A DNA stretch of 32,000 nt, taken from Ktedonobacterales bacterium (GTDB lineage: Bacteria > Chloroflexota > Ktedonobacteria > Ktedonobacterales > JADMIN01). Positions 1-7,862 of this stretch are shown here, piece after piece. The notes below the pieces were generated by a model. The model made no database searches. It worked only from the letters and a program-made list of their open reading frames with translations, and was not told where the DNA came from. Location: contig CP126532.1 of assembly GCA_030167145.1 (NCBI GenBank), positions 2,160,001 to 2,192,000 on the forward strand, given 5' to 3'. Made by a program: the position numbers and the translations under genes. Positions within the stretch are counted from its first letter, which is position 1. Every line of letters begins with the position of its first letter.

Positions 1-5
1 TGACG

Positions 6-623
6 GTGGCGGCAGGGAAGGCGGGCGCGGTGCAGGTGACGGGGACAAAACGCGCTCGTGCGGAGACGGATAATGTGGCGCAGAGCGGGCTGAGCGGCAT
101 TACCGTGACAATGCAGCAGCAGGGAAACGCGATTACGGTGCGGGCCAGCGCGTCGGGGAATGCGGGCGCGTCGCGCTCGGTGGATCTGACGCTGACTGTG
201 CCAGTGGAGGCGGACCTGAACCTGCGGCTGGCGGCGGGGGATGTGGAGATTTCGGGGGTGAGCGGAGCGTTGACGGTGGCGGCTGAGGCGGGGAATGTGG
301 AACTGCGACAGGTGACGGCGATGGGGACGTCGCAGGTGAGCGCCAGCGCGGGTGATGTGACGTTCGATGGGGCGCTGGCGGATGAGGCGGCGCTGACACT
401 GACCGTGGGCAATGGCGATGTGTCGGTGACGCTGCCGCCGGGGACGGCGACGCACGTGCAGGGGCAGACGCGGGCGGGGGATGTGTCTGTTGCAGGGTGG
501 CCGCTGGCGACGGCGCGGAATGGCGCGGCAGCGAGCGTCAGCGGCGATACGCGGACTAACCCGACGAGCGCGCTGACAGTGACGGTGAGCAGCGGCGATA
601 TTTCGCTGCACGCGGCGGATTAG
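6..623 (+). CDS. DUF4097-like beta-strand-repeat protein (putative adhesin fold), C-terminal portion; true start probably upstream of the window
   Basis: ORF 6..623 with stop TAG at 621-623. The frame stays open to the window edge. It carries repeated short blocks 'AGDVEISGVSG','AGNVELRQV','AGDVTFDGAL','GNGDVSVTLP','AGDVSVAGW','SSGDISLH', typical of DUF4097 proteins. Confidence 0.6.
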   Translation: MAAGKAGAVQVTGTKRARAETDNVAQSGLSGITVTMQQQGNAITVRASASGNAGASRSVDLTLTVPVEADLNLRLAAGDVEISGVSGALTVAAEAGNVELRQVTAMGTSQVSASAGDVTFDGALADEAALTLTVGNGDVSVTLPPGTATHVQGQTRAGDVSVAGWPLATARNGAAASVSGDTRTNPTSALTVTVSSGDISLHAAD

Positions 624-1060
624 TGCGGGCCGATGCCGGGGCCGGTGGCGAAGGCGCGGAAGGCCGCACCGACGATGGCGACGGCGGCAATGGTGAGGAT
701 GATGATGTCGCGGCGAACCTGCTTCTGGTCGCTATAGACGTAGGCGACGGGGATCGCGCCGAGGACGATCAGCCCATAGACGTAGTGCAAGCCTTCGCCG
801 GGGCGCGCGCCACCCAAGTAGAGCAGCCCACCGAAGATGGCCTGAAGCACGCCCGCGCCCGCGGTGACGTAGAGCAGCAGGCGGAAGATGTTGCGGGCAC
901 TGGCGACACTGCCGCCGAGCGCGTCGACCTCGCCCTCACCAGCGGAGACGGGAACGCGGCGGGTGATGACGAAGAGGACAATGCCGCAGATGAGCGTGAG
1001 CGCGCCCAGGGCGAGGATAATATAGAACATGAGGTTGTGGAGCGATAGGACGAAGTTCAC
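620..1060 (-). CDS. Small integral membrane protein (about 4 TM segments), unknown function
   Basis: ORF 620..1159 trimmed to GTG 1060, which lies 8 nt downstream of GGAGGG (complement of 1069-1074). Hydrophobic segments are 'FYIILALGALTLICGIVLFVI','IFRLLLYVTAGAGVLQAIFGGLLYL','LHYVYGLIVLGAIPVAYVY','IIILTIAAVAIVGAAF'. Confidence 0.55.
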   Translation of the reverse strand: MNFVLSLHNLMFYIILALGALTLICGIVLFVITRRVPVSAGEGEVDALGGSVASARNIFRLLLYVTAGAGVLQAIFGGLLYLGGARPGEGLHYVYGLIVLGAIPVAYVYSDQKQVRRDIIILTIAAVAIVGAAFRAFATGPGIGPH

Positions 1061-1239
1061 GGGATCAACCCTCCAGCGAAGTATATGCGCCTTCGCGGCT
1101 GCGTTGCCGCACTGGCGCGTCTGGACTCGACTATAGCGGCGAATGCCCTGGTGGCGCAACTCACAATGCGCTCACCAGATGAAACCGCCGTCATGGGTTG
1201 GGAAGCGAGAAGAAGGGCAGAGGCACAGGGCGGGCGGCG

Positions 1240-1263
1240 TGCTGACAGGAATGTCCGCCCCAC
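1240..1263 (+). repeat. Intergenic hairpin repeat, GACAGGAATGTC type (imperfect copy)
   Basis: tgctgacaggaatgtccgccccac aligns position by position with ggcagacaggaatgtctgccctac at 2471-2494. It forms a 7-bp stem with one mismatch around a GGAA loop. Confidence 0.6.
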
Positions 1264-1277
1264 CGGAGGCCGACGGA

Positions 1278-1300
1278 GGGCGCACGCCATGCGCCCCTAC
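1278..1300 (+). repeat. Intergenic hairpin repeat ending in CCCTAC
   Basis: gggcgca-cgcca-tgcgccc forms a 7-bp stem followed by ctac. It has the same layout (GC hairpin plus CCCTAC) as the GGGCGTCCGCCGGACGCCCCTAC family. Confidence 0.55.
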
Positions 1301-1312
1301 GACGGGGGGTGG

Positions 1313-2329
1313 CTACCAGACGAAGCCGCCGTCGCCAGCGTTGTAGTCGGGGCTGGTGTTGACGGGAATGGCGGTGATGGCATCCCACATTTGCTGCTGA
1401 GGGACGCTGTGGACGCCGCCATCGGAGAGGGAGCCGCAGTGGGTGCTGTGGCCGCAGGTGTCGGTGTAGAGGTAGACACCCTTTGTGTCATCATAGCCGA
1501 CAATGGTGATGAAGTGGTAGATGGTATTGCCCTTAGGCGCCCAGTTGGGCAGCAGTCGCGCGCTGACCTCGGCGACGACGGGGACGTGGGCGCGGGCAAC
1601 GTCGTCCACGACCTTGTGATGGAAGTCGGCGGCGCTGGATTGGTTCCACCAGGTGACGGTATAGAAGTAGGTGCGCCAATTCGCTGTATTCTGGCCTGAG
1701 GCTTCCCAGTTGAGGCCGTCGCGCATGCCGTAGAGGGTGACGCCGTTGCTGGGGTAGTGGGTGTCCATCATACCGAGGTGCGATGCACTGGGGATGGTGG
1801 CACGCCAGGCGAGGTACATGATGGCGGCACGGTTATCCTGGTTGGTCCAGTAGGTGGCGACGCCGTTCGAGGGGTCTACGAAGGTGCCAGGGCTGGCGGT
1901 GTTGATCTGCATGCCCCAAAAGTAGAGGGCGTTGGCGGCGGCGGCGGGGCCACAGAGTTTGGTCATGTCGTGGTTGAGGTAGGCATGGCCTGCGGCATCA
2001 ACGCTTTGGGGGTTGGGCTCGAGGGTGAGCGAAACGACGCCGGTATCGAGGGTGTAGGCGATGGGATAGCTGATGCAGGGCGCGGCGCAGGTGGACGGCA
2101 CAACGGTTTCGCCGGGATGGAGCGGGCGGGCGATCTGAAAGGCATTTTTGCGCACGACCCAGGCGACATCTTGGTCGGAGGTGTCGAGGGTGAGACCGCC
2201 CGCGTGTTGGGCGTGGGTGTCGCGGCTGACCAGGGCGGCGTAGAGAAGGAGCGGCGAGGTGAGATAGAGCGCGGCGCAGAGACAGAGCAGCCAGGGCAGA
2301 CGCCTGCGAAGCCAGCGCGGACCGCGCAT
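1313..2329 (-). CDS. Membrane-anchored/secreted papain-fold cysteine peptidase, C39-like domain
   Basis: 338 aa from ATG 2329; the longer ORF to 2521 runs through the intergenic repeats. It has an N-terminal hydrophobic anchor 'LPWLLCLCAALYLTSPLLLYAALV'. The Cys block 'KLCGPAAAANALYFWG' and His block 'YHFITIVGYDDTKGVYLYTD' resemble C39-like (Peptidase_C39_2-type) domains. Confidence 0.65.
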   Translation of the reverse strand: MRGPRWLRRRLPWLLCLCAALYLTSPLLLYAALVSRDTHAQHAGGLTLDTSDQDVAWVVRKNAFQIARPLHPGETVVPSTCAAPCISYPIAYTLDTGVVSLTLEPNPQSVDAAGHAYLNHDMTKLCGPAAAANALYFWGMQINTASPGTFVDPSNGVATYWTNQDNRAAIMYLAWRATIPSASHLGMMDTHYPSNGVTLYGMRDGLNWEASGQNTANWRTYFYTVTWWNQSSAADFHHKVVDDVARAHVPVVAEVSARLLPNWAPKGNTIYHFITIVGYDDTKGVYLYTDTCGHSTHCGSLSDGGVHSVPQQQMWDAITAIPVNTSPDYNAGDGGFVW

Positions 2330-2470
2330 GCGCCACCACCTTTCACCAGCACACCTGGGATATATTCGCCCGCACATCAATTTGCCGCAATTCGCCGCAA
2401 TTCGCCGCGCGAGCAGGTATTTCCGTCTTACCCCCTGCCCCTTCTTCTGGCAATGATAGTGAGCGCAGCA

Positions 2471-2494
2471 GGCAGACAGGAATGTCTGCCCTAC
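2471..2494 (+). repeat. Intergenic hairpin repeat, GACAGGAATGTC type
   Basis: ggcagaca-ggaa-tgtctgcc is a perfect 8-bp stem followed by ctac. Confidence 0.65.
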
Positions 2495-2543
2495 CAGGGT
2501 AAGGGAGAAAGGACGCTGCAACGAAGAACATGCGGGCGCGAAT

Positions 2544-2566
2544 GGGCGTCCGCCGGACGCCGCTAC
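2544..2566 (+). repeat. Intergenic hairpin repeat GGGCGTCCGCCGGACGCC(G)CTAC
   Basis: gggcgtcc-gcc-ggacgcc stem followed by gctac. It is one of four near-identical copies in the window (2544, 22945, 27005, 29561). Confidence 0.7.
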
Positions 2567-2817
2567 GTGCGATGGTCACTGTAATAGATGGGATGGGGCG
2601 GTGTCAAACAGGCGCATGGTTGTGGGGCGGAAATGGCGCAATTCAGCGGCACGGAAGGTGATAGCACTGGTAGTATATTGGTCCTAAACGCTGGCTTGGA
2701 ACGCGAGCGTCCTATACACTGGCGTGGCGTCTGGGCGCTAGTGGTGGTTCGGGCGCGTGGCACGCGAGATGAGGGCGGCCGCGGCCACGGGCAGCACTGG
2801 GTCATGAGGGGGCGAGG

Positions 2818-4308
2818 ATGCTCTTCAATAGCTTGCAATATGGCATCTTCTTTATCGCGGTTTTCGTGTTGCACTGGATGCTGCCACAGCGCCTACGCCG
2901 TCCGTTTCTTTTGGTGGCGAGCTTTTACTTCTATGCGTCGTTTCTGGCGAAATACTTACTGCTGATTATTGGTTTGACGGTCTTCAATTACTTCGTGGGG
3001 CTGTGGATTGGGCGGGCGGCGCAGCCGAAGCGCAAGCGGCTGCTGTGGCTGGCGGTGGCGGGGAACCTGGGCAGCCTGGCGTATTTCAAGTATACTGAGC
3101 TATTTCTGAGCACGATTCAGCCAGTGTTGAAGCATCTGCCGCTGATGGGCGCGCAGTTCCAGGATCCGCTGCTGGTGAAGATTATCCTGCCCATCGGCAT
3201 CTCGTTCTTTGTCTTCGAGTTCATCCATTACGCCGCCGAAGTGTATAAGGGCATGGAGCCAGAGCGGAACCCGGTAGACTTCGCGCTGTTCCCGGCGTTC
3301 TTCCCCACGCAGATCGCGGGACCGATCAAGCGTTTTCCCGATTGGGTAAAACAGTTGCATCATCCGCTGAAGCTGCGCGAGGTGGATATAGATGGCGGCA
3401 TCGGCTTGATCTTGCGAGGATTGCTGAAGAAGATCATCATCGCGGACATCATGGCCGATGCGGTGAACAAGATTTTCGCGCATCCGGGGCAGGCGGGCTG
3501 GGCGACGACGTGGTTCGCGATCTTTGGATTCGCATTGCAGATTTACGGCGATTTCTCTGGCTATACGGATATTGGCCGTGGCTGTGCGCAACTGCTGGGC
3601 TATGGCGTACCGGAGAACTTCGCCAGCCCGTATCAGGCGGCGAATCCAGCGGAGTTCTGGCATCGCTGGCACATGTCGCTTTCGACGTGGCTGCGCGACT
3701 ACCTGTATATTCCGCTGGGCGGGTCGCGGGTGTCGCAGCCGCGCGTGTACCTGAATCTGATGATTACGATGGCGCTGGGCGGGCTGTGGCATGGGGCGCA
3801 GTGGCATTTCATGGTGTGGGGCGTGTATCAGGGGGTGCTGCTCTGTGGGCACCGGCTGTGGGATCGCAGCATGGGCCGGACGGCGACCTATAAAGCTATC
3901 GTGCGGTTCCCGTTGTCGCAGTTCGTGACGCGGATCTTCACGCTGGTGCTGGTGTGTCTGGGGTGGCTGCTGTTCCGGGCGGATACGCTGACGGGGGCAT
4001 TCCAGATGTTGGGCGCGGCGCTGAACTTCTCGCAGCCCGCATGGGCGGGGTTCACGGAGCCTGCGCTCTCGACGCCGATCTTGCTGATGTATGGTGCGGC
4101 GGCGGTGGTCTTTGGCGGGTGGATCTGGTCGCAGGTGAAGGGGCCAGCGCTGCAGATGTGGGGCGCGGCGACGGCGAAGCTGGACCCGCTGTGGATTTCG
4201 TGGACGACGAGCGCGGTGTTGCGTCCGGCGGTGTATACGCTGGCTATCGCGATTCTGGTGCTGTGGCCGCCACACTCGACGGCGCGCTTCATCTACTTCC
4301 AGTTCTAG
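2818..4308 (+). CDS. MBOAT family membrane-bound O-acyltransferase (AlgI/DltB/PatA-like)
   Basis: 496 aa and polytopic. The N-terminus 'MLFNSLQYGIFFIAVFVLHW' is typical of AlgI-type proteins. Conserved blocks are 'FWHRWHMSLSTWLRDYLYIPLGGSR' and 'MITMALGGLWHGAQW', which contains the MBOAT histidine. ATG follows a GGGGGCGAGG RBS. Confidence 0.9.
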   Translation: MLFNSLQYGIFFIAVFVLHWMLPQRLRRPFLLVASFYFYASFLAKYLLLIIGLTVFNYFVGLWIGRAAQPKRKRLLWLAVAGNLGSLAYFKYTELFLSTIQPVLKHLPLMGAQFQDPLLVKIILPIGISFFVFEFIHYAAEVYKGMEPERNPVDFALFPAFFPTQIAGPIKRFPDWVKQLHHPLKLREVDIDGGIGLILRGLLKKIIIADIMADAVNKIFAHPGQAGWATTWFAIFGFALQIYGDFSGYTDIGRGCAQLLGYGVPENFASPYQAANPAEFWHRWHMSLSTWLRDYLYIPLGGSRVSQPRVYLNLMITMALGGLWHGAQWHFMVWGVYQGVLLCGHRLWDRSMGRTATYKAIVRFPLSQFVTRIFTLVLVCLGWLLFRADTLTGAFQMLGAALNFSQPAWAGFTEPALSTPILLMYGAAAVVFGGWIWSQVKGPALQMWGAATAKLDPLWISWTTSAVLRPAVYTLAIAILVLWPPHSTARFIYFQF

Positions 4309-4401
4309 AGCGCTGCCGTGGCGTTGGCCGCTGGCTGTGGTCGCCACGGGCGCGGATGTTGGTTGGCGGAAGATGCCGAGGTGAATGCGGGGGAATACGG
4401 G

Positions 4402-5778
4402 ATGAACGACCGGCCAAAACTCTGGTCTTCGCGGGCATGGCTCAATGCCACGCGCATGCCCGATGCGCCCGTGGAACCGCCTGTTGAACTGGTGGAACTG
4501 CTGGCGACAGAGCAGTTGCCGGCTGCCGCGCGTGTGGAGATGGTGGATACGCAGATACTGCCGACTATTAGGGATGCGACTATCGCCGACGCGCCGACGC
4601 AGAAATTGCCAGCAATGCTATCCGCGCCCAGTCATCCCAGCCGCGTGCCTGCCGTTGCCAAGACAGCCGCCACACGACGCCGCGCGCCATCGCGCCGCAC
4701 GGCCACCGCCGCGACGCTGGTGTTTATCGTGCTGGTCAATGTGGGGCTGCAACTCAATCGCCGTCCATTCGATGTGCTGGGGGCGGCGTATGCTGAAGCG
4801 GCACTGCCGCGCATCCAACGCTGTGAATCGCTGGGGCAGAGGCCGGATGTGTTGTATCTGGGGTCATCGCGGGTGATGCATGGGGTCAGCCCGGCGGTGG
4901 TGGATGCGACAGTGGAGGCGCAATTTCAGCAGCGGGTGGTAAGCTGCAACGCCGGTGAGGATGATTCCACCTTCGAGGAGGACTATTACACGCTGAAGCG
5001 CGTGATCGCAGATGGCTATGCGCCGAAGCTGGTGGTGGAGGGGCTGTGGGATTACGACGTGGACGCGCACGGCTCGCCGCTGGCGGATAGCGCGCCGCTG
5101 CCTGCGAGCCAGATACAGACGATTGCTGACGCCACGGACGTGGGGGCGCTGAAGGCGCACTTCGCGGGTGGCATCAAAGGGGGGCTGGCGCAGGCGAATT
5201 TCGTCGCGCAGAAGCTGATTCCGATGTATGGCGCGCGGGTGGGGATGTTCCGGGCGATCTGCGGCTCGCTGGATATTGGCCCGTGCGCGACGGCGACACA
5301 AGGCTCCGTGGTGGCGACGCCGCTGCAAAAGATGGTGTTGCCGTCGGACCGGCAGGGGTGGTCGGCGCTGGTGGGACGCTCGCTGGCAACGATGTCGCCC
5401 ACGCCGGAGACGCAATATCCGACCTGCGGGACGTCGTGCCGTCCGTTCGTGATCGGTGGAAAGCAGATGGGTTATCTGGCGCAGTTGGTGGCGCTGGCGA
5501 AGGCGCATGGCGTGCGGGTGGCGCTGGTGGAGACGCCGCTGAGCCGCTACTATGTCAGTCACCTGTTCTTCGCTGCGGATTGGCAGACGCTGAGCACGTA
5601 TTGGAGCGAGTTCGCGGGCCAGCAGGGCGCGGCGTTCTACGATGAGAGCCAGGCGCTAGAGTATACCGACGCGGATTTCTGGGATATTCATCACCTGGAT
5701 GCGGATGGCGCGGCGAAGTTCTCAGCGTGGATTGGCACAACCATCGTCGGTGGGTTGTTGCTAGGTCGAACGGTATAA
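4402..5778 (+). CDS. TM-anchored DltD/DUF1574-like SGNH-type protein (probable extracytoplasmic acyl-transfer partner of the MBOAT), paralog 1
   Basis: ORF 4318..5778; ATG 4402 is preferred over the GTG at 4318, which lacks an RBS. The N-terminal region is disordered and is followed by one TM segment, 'ATLVFIVLVNVGLQL'. 'VLYLGSSRVMHGV' looks like a GSS nucleophile block and 'DFWDIHHLD' looks like a DxxH block. It aligns with the next gene along its full length. Confidence 0.65.
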   Translation: MNDRPKLWSSRAWLNATRMPDAPVEPPVELVELLATEQLPAAARVEMVDTQILPTIRDATIADAPTQKLPAMLSAPSHPSRVPAVAKTAATRRRAPSRRTATAATLVFIVLVNVGLQLNRRPFDVLGAAYAEAALPRIQRCESLGQRPDVLYLGSSRVMHGVSPAVVDATVEAQFQQRVVSCNAGEDDSTFEEDYYTLKRVIADGYAPKLVVEGLWDYDVDAHGSPLADSAPLPASQIQTIADATDVGALKAHFAGGIKGGLAQANFVAQKLIPMYGARVGMFRAICGSLDIGPCATATQGSVVATPLQKMVLPSDRQGWSALVGRSLATMSPTPETQYPTCGTSCRPFVIGGKQMGYLAQLVALAKAHGVRVALVETPLSRYYVSHLFFAADWQTLSTYWSEFAGQQGAAFYDESQALEYTDADFWDIHHLDADGAAKFSAWIGTTIVGGLLLGRTV

Positions 5779-5827
5779 TGGCGCGAATACGTCGGTAGTA
5801 AAGCGGATACGGATAGGGGAGAGCGGC

Positions 5828-7231
5828 ATGGGGAATCGCAAGCGGCCCAATATCTTCGAGCGGATGCGGATTACGACGCCCGATGCGGAGATTGCCCCAC
5901 GTAGACGCGCCCCCAGGGCGAGCGGCGCACCGGCTGCGCCGCAGGCGTCCGCCGCGCCGTATGCGCCAGAAGACATGAACCGGGATGAGGCACGGCGGGC
6001 CATCGAGATGATGGATACGAGTGCGCTGAGCGTGGCGGATCTGCCGACGCGCCCGGTGGCGCGGGTGGCGGTCGCCAGCGCGCCGGCGCGGCCAGCCGCG
6101 CCGGACAGCGCGCGAGCGGGCAAGGCGGTGGCCACCGGGGTACGGCGTGCGCCGCGCGTGGTGGCGACGATTGGGACGCTAGTGTTGCTGGTGCTGGTGA
6201 ATGTGGTGCTGCAGATGGACCGGCGGGCATGGGATATTCGCAGCGATGGCTACTGGTCGTTGGAACGAGTGCAGCGCTGCGAGTCGCTGACAATGAAGCC
6301 TGATGTGTTGTTCCTGGGGTCGTCGCGGGTGGTGTATGGGGTGGACGCGCGGCTGGTGGATACGCTGGCGGGGCAGCAACTTGGACGGACGGTGGTGAGT
6401 TGCAACGCGGGGATGTTTGGGTCGTCGTTCGAGCAGGATTACTATACGCTCAAGCGCTTCATCGAAGATGGCTTCGTGCCGAAGGTGCTGGTGGAGGATC
6501 TACGGGAGTACAACCTGAATGCTGGGGCGGCGATTCCGGCTGATGCGTCGTTCTTGCCGGTGTATCAGGCGTTGCCGCTGGCGGATCTCTCGGACGCGAA
6601 GGCGTTGAGCACGCATTTTGGCGGCAAGGGATTGCTGCATATGGGAGACTTCATCGCGGGGAAGCTGATTCCGCTGTATGGCGACCGGATCGGCTTGCTG
6701 GAAGCTATCTGTGGGAGCAGCCAGGCTGGCCCATGCAGCCAGATTCCACCGCCAGGGGCGGGAGATCTGGCGGTCAGCCGGTACAAGGCTGCGGATGCCA
6801 ATGGTTGGGTGCCGTTGAATATGGGTATCTCTATCGCGTCGCTGACGCCCGCGCAACGCCAGACGCGGGCGGCGGAGTTGCAGGAGATCGAAGGCGCGCA
6901 GGTGGCGAATTTCACCATCGGCGGCGCGCAGCCGGGGTACCTGGCGAAATTGATCGCGCTGGCGCAGGCGCATGGTATCCGGGTGGAGATGGTGGTGAGT
7001 CCGCTGCACAAAACGTTCTTTGACTTGTTTCAGCGTCCGACGGACTGGCCGATGATTATCAGCTATTATCAGCAATTTGCGGCGGAGCATGGGGCGACGT
7101 TTTACGATGAGAGCCATCCGACCGGCTATACTGATGCCGATTGGTATGATGCAGAGCATCTGACGGCGGCGGGCGCGGCAAAATACGCGGCGTTTTTGGC
7201 GGGGAGCGTGGTGGCGCCAGCGCTGCGGTGA
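5828..7231 (+). CDS. TM-anchored DltD/DUF1574-like SGNH-type protein, paralog 2
   Basis: ATG 5828 follows GGGGAG. TM segment 'IGTLVLLVLVNVVLQM'. Shared blocks are 'VLFLGSSRVVYGV', 'VVSCNAGMFGSSFEQDYYTLKRFIEDGF' and 'DWYDAEHLT', collinear with 4402..5778. Confidence 0.65.
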   Translation: MGNRKRPNIFERMRITTPDAEIAPRRRAPRASGAPAAPQASAAPYAPEDMNRDEARRAIEMMDTSALSVADLPTRPVARVAVASAPARPAAPDSARAGKAVATGVRRAPRVVATIGTLVLLVLVNVVLQMDRRAWDIRSDGYWSLERVQRCESLTMKPDVLFLGSSRVVYGVDARLVDTLAGQQLGRTVVSCNAGMFGSSFEQDYYTLKRFIEDGFVPKVLVEDLREYNLNAGAAIPADASFLPVYQALPLADLSDAKALSTHFGGKGLLHMGDFIAGKLIPLYGDRIGLLEAICGSSQAGPCSQIPPPGAGDLAVSRYKAADANGWVPLNMGISIASLTPAQRQTRAAELQEIEGAQVANFTIGGAQPGYLAKLIALAQAHGIRVEMVVSPLHKTFFDLFQRPTDWPMIISYYQQFAAEHGATFYDESHPTGYTDADWYDAEHLTAAGAAKYAAFLAGSVVAPALR

Positions 7232-7291
7232 GTGGCTGGCTGGCTTGTTCCGCCGTGTTATGTCATATTGAGATGCAATTAGTCCAGGTCG

Positions 7292-7320
7292 TTGACAGCA
7301 ACGGTTGAGTTTTCTATACT
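7292..7320 (+). promoter_or_regulatory. Near-consensus sigma70-type promoter (TTGACA-17 nt-TATACT)
   Basis: TTGACA at 7292-7297, a 17-nt spacer, TATACT at 7315-7320. It lies about 540 nt upstream of the next credible CDS (7863). Confidence 0.55.
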
Positions 7321-7862
7321 GGGTGAGTGGTATGAGAGCGCCTGGATGGTATGCCTTCATGGTATGTTGGCGCATGGCTGTGCTCGTGGTGGTAGGGAGA
7401 GAGACGCCGCATTGATGCAGAACCCGCGCTTCGATGTCTATTGTTTGCTTTCATTTGCCGGGCTGCCGCGATCTCACTGGATGACCACTGGGGACGACCA
7501 CTGGCGCATGGCCGCAGTTCTACATGCTACCCTCTGCTGGTGTCTCCGCTTGGTTGCCTGGCGGTGACACGCATGCTTTTTGCGTGGTGCGCGGGTGTCC
7601 GTCCGCTTGGCGTCGCGCTATCTGGGACATGGGGGAGCCGGAGGCTCGTGACGGGTTGAGAGCATGACGCCGCGCAGGCGTTACCGGCGCAAATGAAGGG
7701 GGAGATGGGGAGAGAGACCCTCGCAAAGTATCGTGACAGCCCGCAATGGAGACGGTCTCCATGCGGAGGCAGGCATGTGGCGTGACGCGCTGACGCAGCC
7801 GCTGCGACCACGATGGATGCCAGAATTCGACGAAGTACATCTGTGAGAGGATATTCTCGACG

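Noticed and set aside
3100-4347. Long antisense or alternative-frame ORFs throughout the window (e.g. 3100..4347 -, 4864..5562 -, 6500..7375 -, 8913..9797 -, 11195..12352 -, 16626..17558 -, 18727..19401 -, 22916..23722 +, 24116..25099 -, 27330..28106 +)
   Set aside because: They overlap motif-supported genes on the other strand or frame and translate to Arg/Pro/Ala/His-rich low-complexity strings. They lack RBSs. This is the expected shadow-ORF artefact of high-GC DNA.
7556-7567. ops/JUMPStart-like GGCGGTGAC in leader A (compare GGCGGTAGnnTG, recruited by RfaH in polysaccharide operons)
   Set aside because: It deviates from the ops core at essential positions and has no equivalent in leader B, so it is likely a chance match in GC-rich sequence.
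7292-7659. ORFs 7292..7567 (91 codons) and 7441..7659 (72 codons) inside leader A
   Set aside because: The first begins with a TTG that is the -35 hexamer itself. Neither has an RBS, their codon usage is unlike neighbouring genes, and there is no counterpart in the paralogous leader B.
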